Shown: positions 50,597 through 59,830 of the stretch, piece after piece
Position numbering within the stretch: position 1 is the first letter of the stretch
Layout: every line of letters starts with the position of its first letter
NCBI GenBank assembly: GCA_024654125.1
Contig: JANLIC010000007.1
Span: forward strand, 1 to 63,252
Direction: 5' to 3'
From: Sulfuricaulis sp.
Lineage (GTDB): Bacteria; Pseudomonadota; Gammaproteobacteria; Acidiferrobacterales; Sulfurifustaceae
Length of the DNA: 63,252 nucleotides
Notes under the pieces: generated by a model
What the model was told of the DNA's origin: nothing
Database searches by the model: none
What the model saw: only the letters and a program-made list of their open reading frames with translations
Translations under genes and position numbers: made by a program

Positions 50597-51591
50597 CGGC
50601 GACGCTCGTCGATTCCTTCGGCCGGCGCATCGAGTACCTGCGCGTATCGGTCACCGACCGCTGCAACTATCGCTGCTTCTACTGCATGCCCGCGACGGGC
50701 GTAGCGTACGGGCGGCACGAGGAGTTCCTGCGCCACGAGGAAATGGCGCGACTGGTGCGGCTGTTCGCCGAGCTCGGCGTGCACAAGGTCAGACTCACCG
50801 GTGGCGAACCGTTGGTGCGCCGCGGTATCGTGGACCTCGCCGGCCTGATCGGCCGCATCCCCGGCATCACCGACCTGTCGTTGTCCACGAACGGCCATCT
50901 GCTGGAGCGTCACGCCGCAGCGCTGAAGGCCGCCGGCGTCGCGCGCGTGAACATCTCGCTCGATTCGCTCGACCCCGATACGTTCGCGCGGATCACCCGC
51001 GGCGGCGATCTCGGGCACGCATGGCGCGGCATCGAGGCGGCGCTGACGGTGGGGATGACGCCGGTCAAGCTCAACATGGTGGTGCTCAAGGGGATCAACG
51101 ACCGCGAAATCGAGTCGATGCTGGATTTCGCGCTCGCGCGCGGCGCGCACCTGCGCTACATAGAAACCATGCCGGTAGGCGAGGCCGGCGCTCAAGGAAT
51201 GGAACATTATTATTCGGCCGACGCCATCCTCGCACGCGTGCGCAAGAAAGCCAGCGCGGAGTTGATCCCAGTGAAGGGCGCGCCGGGCGCCGGGCCGGCG
51301 CGCTGTTACCGGATCGGCGCCGGGCCCGCGACCGTCGGGATCATCTCCGCGATCTCGCGCCACTTCTGCGAGGGCTGCAATCGCGTGCGCCTGACGGCTA
51401 AGGGGGAGTTGGTGCTTTGCCTGGGCCAGGACCAGCGCGTGTCGCTGGCCGCGGCGCTACGGACCGGCGCGTCGGACCTCGATCTCAAGGATCTTATCGC
51501 GGGCGCGATTGCGCAAAAACCGAAACGGCATCGCTTTGCCGGACAGGGTGCATGTCACCCCATTCATAAGATGTCGGTGCTGGGCGGGTAG
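50593..51591 (+). CDS. moaA: GTP 3',8-cyclase MoaA
   Basis: [36 protein letters not shown]...CL, C-terminal MSVLGG. Confidence 0.95.
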   Translation: MTATLVDSFGRRIEYLRVSVTDRCNYRCFYCMPATGVAYGRHEEFLRHEEMARLVRLFAELGVHKVRLTGGEPLVRRGIVDLAGLIGRIPGITDLSLSTNGHLLERHAAALKAAGVARVNISLDSLDPDTFARITRGGDLGHAWRGIEAALTVGMTPVKLNMVVLKGINDREIESMLDFALARGAHLRYIETMPVGEAGAQGMEHYYSADAILARVRKKASAELIPVKGAPGAGPARCYRIGAGPATVGIISAISRHFCEGCNRVRLTAKGELVLCLGQDQRVSLAAALRTGASDLDLKDLIAGAIAQKPKRHRFAGQGACHPIHKMSVLGG

Positions 51592-51601
51592 GAGGCGAAT
51601 T

Positions 51602-51717
51602 GTGGTCGAGGTCGGATATCCACGCCGGCTCGATGCGCCCCGCGAGCGCCTTGAGTTGACGCAGATAATCCCGGTTGAGCGGGTCGTGCGATCCGATGGA
51701 GAGGATACGCCGTGCAT
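51602..51717 (-). pseudogene. Fragment of a DUF692 / MNIO (BufB-type) gene
   Basis: Minus strand reads MHGVS-(1-nt deletion)[30 protein letters not shown]. Confidence 0.78.
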
Positions 51718-51864
51718 CGCGTCGTCAATCAACACCTCCGTCCGCGACAGACCTTTATCGGTGTGCTGCCGGGCGGTGTGTCGCAGGTAATCGTTGAGCT
51801 CGGGGTTGCCGTAGTCGAAGCCTTCCCGGTGGTGCCAGCGGCTTAGGGGCTCAATCCAGAGCAT
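51718..51864 (-). pseudogene. Truncated GNAT-family toxin (TacT/AtaT type)
   Basis: IEPL...HHREGFDYGNPELNDYLRHTARQH..KGLSRT.V, then fused to the DUF692 fragment. Confidence 0.72.
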
Positions 51865-52050
51865 TCAGGGCCGAGCGCCGGTAGGCCGCGACCGCTTTCT
51901 TCAACCGCTTATTGGGCGCGGGCGGATTTTCCAAAGCCTTGAAAAACGCCTCCGCGTCGCGGCAGCTCAGGCGAACAAATCGCTCCCGCTCCAGCACCGC
52001 GTGTGCCTCCTTGAGCGCCGCCTGTACCACAAACTGGTCAACGTCGCGCC
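51851..52050 (-). pseudogene. N-terminally truncated DUF1778 antitoxin
   Basis: DQFVVQAALKEAHAVLERERFVRLS.RDAEAFFKALENPPAPNKRLKKA; overlaps the GNAT start. Confidence 0.75.
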
Positions 52051-52106
52051 CGGTCGTTTCCGTCGATGTTACGACGCGGCACCTTGGAAAAGCTTCTGCT
52101 GTCAGC

Positions 52107-52198
52107 TTGAAATGAGAAAAAACCAGCAAGGCGTTTAAAACCGGATTTCTCTAGCACGTTGTTTTAAAAGAAAAACTGGGCGTCCCCAAGGGGATTCG
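52107..52198. repeat. Right arm of element A, homologous to 60169-60257, ending in a tRNA-Glu 3' fragment
   Basis: aaccagca..cgtt.aaa.cg.at...tag..cgttgtt....aaga.aaa..gggcgtccccaagg.gattcg is shared; last 47 nt 38/47 identical. Confidence 0.75.
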
Positions 52199-52425
52199 TT
52201 ACTTGTCCAAATGCTCAGATTGCCGATAGCCGCCTAAGTTAACAGCCACCCAGCAGCCTTGTTTATCCCCTCTTGGCTACTTGATAAAAACGACTGAAAT
52301 TACACCGATTTGGTCGACACATGCTGGCCGCAGGTGCGTCGTCGGTACCGCGATTGTCTGGCGTCGGTTCTTTTCCTGTCCCCAAGGGGACCCGAACGTT
52401 ATGCTGGTTCAACCAGTATAAGGTC

Positions 52426-52486
52426 GGCGTCCCCGCGGGGATTTGAACTCTATGCTGGTCGGCTGAGCCTGCCATGGGCCGCTTGA
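52426..52486. repeat. Left arm of element B, direct repeat of 22009-22069
   Basis: ggcgtccccgcggggatttgaactctatgctggtcggctgagcctgccatgggccgcttga; a further degenerate copy lies at 52378-52407. Confidence 0.85.
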
Positions 52487-52545
52487 GTGCGCACACCTGC
52501 CGTTTTCTGACCGAACCAAGTAAGCAATGCCGGCCCAAGGTTGCT

Positions 52546-54273
52546 TCAAGCCGCGAAGCCGGGATTCCCGGCGGTTCCTTTAAGCTTTGGCACGTACGCC
52601 TTCTCCACGGAAACTACCTTTTTACCCCTCAGATATTCCGCGACGACGTCCCAGATCGGGCGCGTGCCGGCCGGATTCGGCTGCACGCTCGCCCAGCCGG
52701 CCACCTTGTATTTCCTGCCGGCCGTCAGCGGCTTGCCGCGCAGCGCAAGGTCCTGGATGCGCCGGCCGTGCGTCTGTTTGACGTCGAGCGTGTACGTGAG
52801 GCCGCCCACGCGCACCATGTCGCCGCCCTGCTGATAGTACGGATCGGGGTGATAGAGGTTATCGGCGATGTCCTCGAGGATGACCTTGATCTGCTCGCCG
52901 GTAAGTTCGTTGAGCGTCGCGGTCGCGTAGGTGATCGCGGTCTGGTCCATGACGTGCTCGAAGGTGATGGCGTCGCCGGGCAGGAGCGTCGAGCCCCAGC
53001 GGAAGCCCGGCGAGAATGCGATCTCGGCATTCTGCACGTCGAGCATGGCGTCGATGATCAGCTGGTCGAAGGTGCCGCTGAAGTTGCCGCGGCGGTACAG
53101 CAGCGACTCGGACACCGCCAGCTTCTCCCCGAGCTTCTGCTGGTACGGCGCGCGCACCTTGTCGATGTGGGCGGCCATCGCCGGATCGGGTGCGATCAGG
53201 TTCGAGAAGATCGGCAGCAGCTTGTAGCGGAAGTCGCGCAGCTTCCCGCCCCTGACGTCGAGGTCGAGCACCGACAGGAACTTGGTGCTGGAACCGGAGT
53301 TGAACACGAGCGTCCTGCCGGCGGCGTTGCGCACCACGCTCGGCGCCGGCACCGCGTCGTGGGTATGTCCGCCGAGGATGGCGTCGATGCCCGTGACGCG
53401 CGAGGCCATCTTGAGGTCCACGTCCATGCCGTTGTGCGACAGCAGCACCACCACCTGCGCGCCCTTGGCGCGTATCTCGTTCACGAGCTTTTGTATATCC
53501 TCGTCACGGATGCCGAACGACCAGTTCGGGAAGGCGAGGCGGTTGTTCGCGATCGGCGTGTAGGGAAACGCCTGGCCGATGATCGCGACCGGGACCTTAT
53601 TCACCTCGCGGATGGCGTAGGGCTTGAACACGCGCTCCTCGCCGAAGCTCGTGTCGTAGACGTTCTGCGCCAGGAACTCGATGCGGCCCTGGAGATCCTT
53701 GTCCACGATCTCCTTGACGCGCTGGTCGCCGTACATGAACTCCCAGTGCGCGGTCATCATGTCGACGCCGAGCAGCTTCTGCGCATCCACCATGTCCTGG
53801 CCCTGCGTCCAGAGCGCCGTGGCCGACCCCTGCCAGGTGTCGCCGCCGTCGAGCAGCAGCGTGCGGCCCGGACGGCTCGCGCGCAGTTGTTTCACCAGGG
53901 TGGCGAGATGGGCGAAGCCGCCGATCTTGCCGTAGCGGCGCGCGGCCTCTTCGAAGTTGAGGTAGGTGAAGGCATGCGCCTCAAGCGAGCCGGGGGCAAC
54001 CCCGAAGTGCTTGAGCAGCGCCTCACCGACGAGGTGCGGCGGCTGGCCGCGGGCGCCGCCCACGCCGATGTTGATGTTGGGCTCGCGGAAATACACCGGC
54101 ACGAGCTGCGCGTGGCAGTCGGTGTAGTGGAGCAGCGTCAGATTCCCGAACGCCGGGACATCGTAAGGATCCGGATTGGCAGCCCAGGCGACCCCGCGCC
54201 CGCCGGCCAGACCCATGCCAGCCACACCGGCCACGGCCAGCATCTGAATGAACTCTCGTCTCGTCACGCTCAA
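52546..54273 (-). CDS. soxB: Thiosulfohydrolase SoxB
   Basis: Tat VTRREF; TDCHAQL.PVYFREP, DGGDTWQGS, HWEF, LSHNGMDVDLK, GGHTHD, DPYYQQGGDMVR. Confidence 0.93.
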   Translation of the reverse strand: MSVTRREFIQMLAVAGVAGMGLAGGRGVAWAANPDPYDVPAFGNLTLLHYTDCHAQLVPVYFREPNINIGVGGARGQPPHLVGEALLKHFGVAPGSLEAHAFTYLNFEEAARRYGKIGGFAHLATLVKQLRASRPGRTLLLDGGDTWQGSATALWTQGQDMVDAQKLLGVDMMTAHWEFMYGDQRVKEIVDKDLQGRIEFLAQNVYDTSFGEERVFKPYAIREVNKVPVAIIGQAFPYTPIANNRLAFPNWSFGIRDEDIQKLVNEIRAKGAQVVVLLSHNGMDVDLKMASRVTGIDAILGGHTHDAVPAPSVVRNAAGRTLVFNSGSSTKFLSVLDLDVRGGKLRDFRYKLLPIFSNLIAPDPAMAAHIDKVRAPYQQKLGEKLAVSESLLYRRGNFSGTFDQLIIDAMLDVQNAEIAFSPGFRWGSTLLPGDAITFEHVMDQTAITYATATLNELTGEQIKVILEDIADNLYHPDPYYQQGGDMVRVGGLTYTLDVKQTHGRRIQDLALRGKPLTAGRKYKVAGWASVQPNPAGTRPIWDVVAEYLRGKKVVSVEKAYVPKLKGTAGNPGFAA

Positions 54274-54352
54274 AGCTTCCCCCTTCCTGTCTAGGCCACG
54301 CCTGGCTGTAAATAAGTTGTAACGTATATCACATCATGGTAGCGTAGTCTAC

Positions 54353-55381
54353 ATGCGTATTAATCCCGCACAGCGGTGGTTGATGTTGGTGATCAGCCTG
54401 CCGAGCCAAAGCGCCACCCCGCGCATGCGGGTGTGGCGGGCGCTCAAGGCGGCCGGGGCGGCGGTGCTGCGCGACGGGGTCTACCTGCTTCCGGACCAGA
54501 CCGCACCCCGCGCGGCCTTCCGCGACCAGGCCCACGAGGTCGAGGACGCCGGCGGCACGGCCTATCTGGTGCCGTTCGAATCGCCGGCCGACGAGGCGCG
54601 CGACTACGCGCAATTGTTCGATCGGACCGAACAGTATGCGGAGCTGCTCGCGCGCATCGCCGAGCTGAAGGAACGGCTCGTCACGCTCAGTGAGCCGGAG
54701 GCGCGCAAGCGCCTCGCGCAACTGCAGCGCGACTTTGACGCACTCACCGCTATCGATTATCTCCCGGGGCCGGCAGGCGAGCAGGCACGCGAAGCGCTCG
54801 CCGAGCTTGGGACCGCGACAACGGCCACGTATTCGCCCGGCGAACCGAGCGCGGTCGCGGGCGAGATCCGAAAACTGCGCATCGCCGACTACCGCGGACG
54901 CACCTGGGCGACGCGCGCGCGACCGTGGGTGGATCGCCTCGCGAGCGCCTGGTTCATCCGGTGCTTTATCGATCCTGAGGCGCGAATCCTCTGGCTCCAT
55001 GACCCGAAGGACTGCCCCCCGGAGGCGCTCGGCTTCGATTTCGACGGCGCCGCCTTTACGCACATCGGGGCGCGCGTGACCTTCGAGGTGCTGGCGGTGA
55101 GCTTCGGCCTCGCCGAGGACCGCGGGCTCGCCCGGCTCGGCAAGCTCGTGCATTACCTCGATGTCGGCGGCGTGCCGGTCGCGGAGGCGGCCGGCGTCGA
55201 GACCATTCTGGTCGGCCTGCGCCAGCGGCTCGCGGACGACGACGCCCTGCTCGCCGAGGCCGGCGCTACGTTCGATGCGCTGTATGCCGCCTACGCCAGC
55301 GACGTCTCAACCGACAACAACAACACCAACAGAGAACAAGCCAATGTCAGCCAGCCACCCCGCCGCCGCGCCGGCAATTGA
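54353..55381 (+). CDS. chrB: Chromate resistance regulator ChrB
   Basis: RMRVWRALK..GAAVLRDGVYLLP, WATRARPWVDRLASAWFI..FID, FDFDGAAFTH. Confidence 0.9.
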   Translation: MRINPAQRWLMLVISLPSQSATPRMRVWRALKAAGAAVLRDGVYLLPDQTAPRAAFRDQAHEVEDAGGTAYLVPFESPADEARDYAQLFDRTEQYAELLARIAELKERLVTLSEPEARKRLAQLQRDFDALTAIDYLPGPAGEQAREALAELGTATTATYSPGEPSAVAGEIRKLRIADYRGRTWATRARPWVDRLASAWFIRCFIDPEARILWLHDPKDCPPEALGFDFDGAAFTHIGARVTFEVLAVSFGLAEDRGLARLGKLVHYLDVGGVPVAEAAGVETILVGLRQRLADDDALLAEAGATFDALYAAYASDVSTDNNNTNREQANVSQPPRRRAGN

Positions 55382-56753
55382 CGCCGCAGAAGCGCCGCAC
55401 CCCGTCTCCTTGTCGGAGGCGTTCAAGTACTGGCTCAAGCTCGGGTTCATCAGCTTCGGCGGCCCGGCCGGCCAGATCTCGATGATGCACCAGGAACTGG
55501 TGGAGAAGCGCCGCTGGATCTCCGAACACCGGTTCCTGCACGCGCTCAACTACTGCATGGTGCTGCCCGGCCCCGAGGCCCAGCAGCTTGCGACCTACAT
55601 CGGTTGGCTGATGCACGGCGCTTGGGGCGGGGTCCTGGCCGGGGTGTTGTTTGTGCTGCCGTCGTTGTTCATCCTGATCGCGCTCACCTGGATCTATCTC
55701 GCCTTCGGCGATGTGCCGGCGGTGGCCGGCGTGCTCTACGGCATCAAGCCCGCGGTGACGGCGATCGTCGTGTTCGCCGCCTACCGCATCGGCTCGCGCG
55801 CGCTCAAGAACGGCGTGCTGTGGGCGCTCGCCGCCGCGGCGTTCGTGGCGATTTTCGCCTTCGACGTGCCCTTTCCTTATATAGTGCTCGGCGCCGCCAT
55901 CCTCGGCTTTCTCGGCGGGCGCGTGGCGCCCGGCAAGTTCAAGACCGGCGGTCATCACGGCGACAGCAAGAAAGGCTACGGCCCGGCGCTGATCGACGAC
56001 CACACGCCGCCGCCCGAGCACACGCGCTTCAAGTGGGTGCGGGTGTTCACCTATGCCGCGATCGGGCTCGCCATCTGGGCCGGCGTCACGGGGCTCATGA
56101 TGGCGGTCTGGGGTTGGCAGGGCACGCTCACGCAGATGGGCTGGTTCTTCACCAAGGCGGCGCTGGTCACCTTCGGCGGCGCCTACGCGGTGCTGCCGTA
56201 CGTGTACCAGGGCGGCGTCGAACAGTACGGCTGGCTCACCGGCCCGCAGATGATCGACGGCCTGGCGCTCGGCGAGACCACCCCCGGCCCGCTCATCATG
56301 GTGGTGGCCTTCGTCGGCTTCGTCGGCGGCTGGACCAAGGAAATCTTCGGCAGCGATTCGCTGGCGCTCGCCGGCATGGCCGGTGCCACCATTGCGACGA
56401 TTTTCACCTTCCTGCCGTCGTTCCTGTTCATTCTGGTCGGGGCGCCGGCCGTGGAGCGCACGCGCCACGAGATCGGCTTCACCGGCCCGCTCACCGCCAT
56501 CACCGCCGCGGTGGTCGGCGTGGTGCTCAACCTCGCGGTGTTCTTCGCCTACCACGTGCTCTGGCCGCAGGGATTCGTGCAGCCGTTCAGCGCCGGAACC
56601 GTCTTCACTGGCTTCGAGTGGTTCTCGGCGCTGGTCGGTGTCGCGGCCTTCGTGGCGTTGTGGCGCTTCAAGCTCGGCATCATGCCGGTGATCGGTGCCT
56701 GCGCGGTGGCCGGTCTCGCCTGGGTGTTCGTGTTGAAACCGCTGTTTGTCTGA
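55344..56753 (+). CDS. chrA: Chromate efflux transporter ChrA
   Basis: KLGFISFGGPAGQI, LPGPEAQQLA, TFGGAYAVL, GETTPGP. Confidence 0.94.
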   Translation: MSASHPAAAPAIDAAEAPHPVSLSEAFKYWLKLGFISFGGPAGQISMMHQELVEKRRWISEHRFLHALNYCMVLPGPEAQQLATYIGWLMHGAWGGVLAGVLFVLPSLFILIALTWIYLAFGDVPAVAGVLYGIKPAVTAIVVFAAYRIGSRALKNGVLWALAAAAFVAIFAFDVPFPYIVLGAAILGFLGGRVAPGKFKTGGHHGDSKKGYGPALIDDHTPPPEHTRFKWVRVFTYAAIGLAIWAGVTGLMMAVWGWQGTLTQMGWFFTKAALVTFGGAYAVLPYVYQGGVEQYGWLTGPQMIDGLALGETTPGPLIMVVAFVGFVGGWTKEIFGSDSLALAGMAGATIATIFTFLPSFLFILVGAPAVERTRHEIGFTGPLTAITAAVVGVVLNLAVFFAYHVLWPQGFVQPFSAGTVFTGFEWFSALVGVAAFVALWRFKLGIMPVIGACAVAGLAWVFVLKPLFV

Positions 56754-56763
56754 GGGAACAATC

Positions 56764-57354
56764 ATGGCCTACCAAATGAAACCGCTGTCCTGCGACCCGG
56801 CGAAGCTCAAGGGGTTGTCCGAGAAGCTCATCGTCTCGCACTACGAGAACAACTACGGCGGCGCGGTGAAGCGCCTCAATGCCATCACCGAGCAGCTCGG
56901 CAATCTCGACTTTGCCAAGGCGCCAGTGTTCCAGATCAACGGTCTCAAGCGCGAGGAGTTGATCGCCACCAACTCGATGATCCTGCACGAGCTGTACTTC
57001 GACGGGCTGGGCGATTCGGGCAACCCGACTGGCAAGCTCGCCGAGGCACTGAAGCACGATTTCGGCAGCGTCGAGCGCTGGGCCGCCGAGTTCAGCTTCA
57101 TGGGCAAGGCCCAGGGCGGCGGTTCCGGCTGGGTGTTGCTTATCTATTCGCACCGGGACAAGAAACTCGTCAATCAATGGGCGGCGGATCACACGTGCAG
57201 CCTGGCCGGCGGCACGCCGATCCTGGCGCTCGACATGTACGAGCACAGCTACCACATGGACTACGGCGCCAAGGCCGCGGCCTACGTCGAGGCCAGCATG
57301 AACAACATCAGCTGGGCGAACGTCGCCCGTCTCTACGAGGAGTGCGTGAAATGA
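56764..57354 (+). CDS. chrC: Fe/Mn superoxide dismutase-like ChrC
   Basis: SHYENNY, LHELYF, GGSGW, DMYEHSY; follows chrA. Confidence 0.85.
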   Translation: MAYQMKPLSCDPAKLKGLSEKLIVSHYENNYGGAVKRLNAITEQLGNLDFAKAPVFQINGLKREELIATNSMILHELYFDGLGDSGNPTGKLAEALKHDFGSVERWAAEFSFMGKAQGGGSGWVLLIYSHRDKKLVNQWAADHTCSLAGGTPILALDMYEHSYHMDYGAKAAAYVEASMNNISWANVARLYEECVK

Positions 57355-57671
57355 GCCGTACCATTGCCCCAAATGATCTCAAGCCGCTGGTCGAGAGGAA
57401 GCCGGTTACCGTGCTGGACGTGCGCCGACAGAACGACTTCGCAGCCGACGGCGTCACGCTGCCCGGCGCACAGTGGAAGAACCCCGAGCAGATGACCGAA
57501 TGGAGCAAGACCTTACCCCAGGACAAGGAAGTCGTGATTTACTGCGCGCGCGGCGGCTCGGTCAGCAACTCGGTGCTCGACCATCTGCTCGCGCAGGGCG
57601 TGCCGGCGCGCTACATCGAGGGCGGCATCGAGGCATGGAAGGCCGCGGGCGGCGCGACCGCGGCGAAATAG
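57351..57671 (+). CDS. chrE: Rhodanese-like ChrE
   Basis: LDVRR, VIYCARG, YIEGGIEAW. Confidence 0.78.
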   Translation: MSRTIAPNDLKPLVERKPVTVLDVRRQNDFAADGVTLPGAQWKNPEQMTEWSKTLPQDKEVVIYCARGGSVSNSVLDHLLAQGVPARYIEGGIEAWKAAGGATAAK

Positions 57672-57673
57672 CC

Positions 57674-58114
57674 ATGAAATGGGTCACGCGCGAACGCCCG
57701 AAGATCGACCGCATCGCCTGCCCGTGGCTGATCGCGCGTTTCGTCGATGAGCACCCGGAATTTCTGTACGTGCCGAGCGGCGACGTTATGAAGGTCGCCG
57801 CCGAGACCGGCGCCATTCCCTATGACGTGCCCGGCGTCGAGCTCGGCCACCGCGGCGACCAGTGCAGCTTCGACGCCTTCATTGCCAAGTATGAATTGAA
57901 CGAACCGGCGCTCGACAAACTGGCGCTGATCGTGCGCGCCGCGGACTGCGGTACCCCGCACCTCGCGAAGGAAGCCGCGGGCCTGCTGGCCATCTCGAAA
58001 GGCTTGTCGCTCAACTTCGCGGACGACCACGAGATGCTGAAGCACGGCATGGTGGTCTACGACGCGCTCTACGCCTGGTGCCGATCCGGCCAACCCGAGG
58101 TCCGCGGTCGCTAA
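57674..58114 (+). CDS. chrF: ChrF (chromate-resistance domain protein)
   Basis: MKWVTRERPKIDRIACPWLIARFVD...CSFDAF...YDALYAWC. Confidence 0.85.
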   Translation: MKWVTRERPKIDRIACPWLIARFVDEHPEFLYVPSGDVMKVAAETGAIPYDVPGVELGHRGDQCSFDAFIAKYELNEPALDKLALIVRAADCGTPHLAKEAAGLLAISKGLSLNFADDHEMLKHGMVVYDALYAWCRSGQPEVRGR

Positions 58115-58131
58115 CCCAATGCCTGCCGGCC

Positions 58132-59343
58132 ATGACCGCGGCGGCTGACCGGCGGCGGTTGTATGCCGCCGCGTTCCTGCGCGCGGTCGCGACCGGGCTC
58201 ATGGGCGTGCTGCTCGGGCTCTATCTCGCGCGGCGCGGGTTCGATACCGTCGCCATCGGCCTGGTCATCGGTTCCGGCTTAAGCGGCGCGGCTGCCGCCA
58301 CACTCCTCGTCACCTTCTTCGGCGACCGGCTGGGTCGCCGCGTCACGCTCATCATGCTGGCGACGCTCGCCGCCCTCGGCGGGGTCGCGCTGCTGGCGAG
58401 CGAACACTTGGCTGCCGTCTGCGCCGTCGCTTTCCTCGGCATGGTGAACGGCGCCGGGCGCGACCGGGCCGCGGCGCTCGCGCTCGAACAGGCGATGTTG
58501 CCGGCGACCACGGATGACGCCGGGCGCACGCGCGCCTTCGCCTGGTACAACGTGCTGCAGGACGCCGGCCATGCGCTGGGCGGGCTCGCGGCGGCGCTGC
58601 CGGTCGTGATCGCGCAGCTGGCCGGCACCACGGAACTCGTCGGCTACGGCTGGACGCTCGGCGTCTACGCCACGCTCTGTCTGGCGACCGGCGTGTTGTA
58701 CCTCGGGTTGTCGCCGGCAATCGAGGTGCGACCGAACCACGGCGACTGGATACCGCCGCTTGCGCCCGAGAGCCGGCGGGTTCTCCGGCGTATCTCGGGT
58801 TTGTTTGCCGTGGACAGCCTCGCCGGCGGTTTCCTCGGCACGGCGCTATTGTCGTATTTCTTCTTCGCGCGCTTCGGCGCGGGCGAGGCGGCGATCGCGA
58901 CCCTGTTCTTCCTCGCGCGCGTGGCGAACGGGGTGTCGCACCTCGGCGCCGCCTGGCTCGCGGCGCGCATCGGGCTCATCAACACCATGGTGTTCACGCA
59001 TATCCCGTCGAGCCTCATGCTGATCGCGGTCGCGCTGGTGCCCGAGTTCTGGATGGCGGCGGCGCTGTTTCTCACCCGTGAGCTGCTGGTGGAAATGGAC
59101 GTGCCGACACGGCAGTCCTACGTCATGGCGGTGGTGCGGCCGGAGGAGCGGACGTTTGCCGCGGGTGTCACGAGCCTGGTGCGCCTCGGCGGCTGGGCGG
59201 TGGCGCCGTTTGCCGCCGGCGTTCTCATGCAGGGGGTCGCGCTCGCCACGCCGCTCCTTGTCGGCGCCGGGATGAAGATCGGCTACGATCTACTGCTCTG
59301 GAGATCGTTTCGCGCCCTCAGGCCGCCGGAGGAGCGAACATGA
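58132..59343 (+). CDS. MFS transporter
   Basis: GDRLGRR motif A, about 12 TMs, MVFTHIPS, MDVPTRQSY. Confidence 0.88.
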   Translation: MTAAADRRRLYAAAFLRAVATGLMGVLLGLYLARRGFDTVAIGLVIGSGLSGAAAATLLVTFFGDRLGRRVTLIMLATLAALGGVALLASEHLAAVCAVAFLGMVNGAGRDRAAALALEQAMLPATTDDAGRTRAFAWYNVLQDAGHALGGLAAALPVVIAQLAGTTELVGYGWTLGVYATLCLATGVLYLGLSPAIEVRPNHGDWIPPLAPESRRVLRRISGLFAVDSLAGGFLGTALLSYFFFARFGAGEAAIATLFFLARVANGVSHLGAAWLAARIGLINTMVFTHIPSSLMLIAVALVPEFWMAAALFLTRELLVEMDVPTRQSYVMAVVRPEERTFAAGVTSLVRLGGWAVAPFAAGVLMQGVALATPLLVGAGMKIGYDLLLWRSFRALRPPEERT

Positions 59344-59444
59344 TGGCACCTGCCTGAGCGGTTGTGGGCGTACCCTGCTCACGAAAAGCCGATTGGTAGT
59401 GCTAAAAAAGAGACGCACCACCGGGCGCGGACACCGGCGGCGGA

Positions 59445-59830
59445 TCAGTGCTGTTCCTTTCCGGGCATCGCCGCGCCGACGCCAAGCGCATGTAGCGTGT
59501 CCTTCATTTCATGCAGCTTATCGTGCAGGGACTGGAGACGAGCAACGCCCCAATTAGCCGTCGCTCCGAGGCCCACCACGATGGGAACTAGACCTAACAC
59601 GGCTTCGGGATGAATGAGCCGCTCGATCGCCCGCCAAATCAGCAGCGCGCTCACAGCGATAAGACCGACCGGATTAAAGGCATTTGCTGAACGGACGAGA
59701 TTGCGCGAGATACCTTCGGACAAGACGAAAGCCAGATATAGAAGTACGAGCGCCAATTCGTCTGAAAAGTTGCGCAAGCTGTCCATGAGGAGACTGAGGC
59801 TATGCGCCTGCAATCCCGCAACAGCCTCCT
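59445..59830 (-). pseudogene. Cation diffusion facilitator fragment
   Basis: AHSLSLLMDSLRNFSD (TM2 HxxxD degenerate), AIERLIHPEAV; both ends missing. Confidence 0.6.

Larger units (their letters stand above)
22009..52198. mobile_element. Genomic island A (NXR cargo) integrated at the tRNA-Glu 3' end
   Basis: Bounded by tRNA-Glu 3'-end copies at 22008-22031 and 52178-52198. It contains IS, MITE and TA remnants and a gene set unrelated to the flanking core. Confidence 0.75.

Noticed and set aside
51718-52050. Functional GNAT/DUF1778 toxin-antitoxin pair stabilising the island
   Set aside because: The toxin is cut after about 49 codons and the antitoxin lacks its N-terminal DNA-binding part, so it is a remnant only.
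52474-54294. 606-aa plus-strand ORF (and similar long shadow ORFs at 37034-38281, 48902-50458, 55347-56765)
   Set aside because: They are antisense shadows of well-supported genes in GC-rich DNA.
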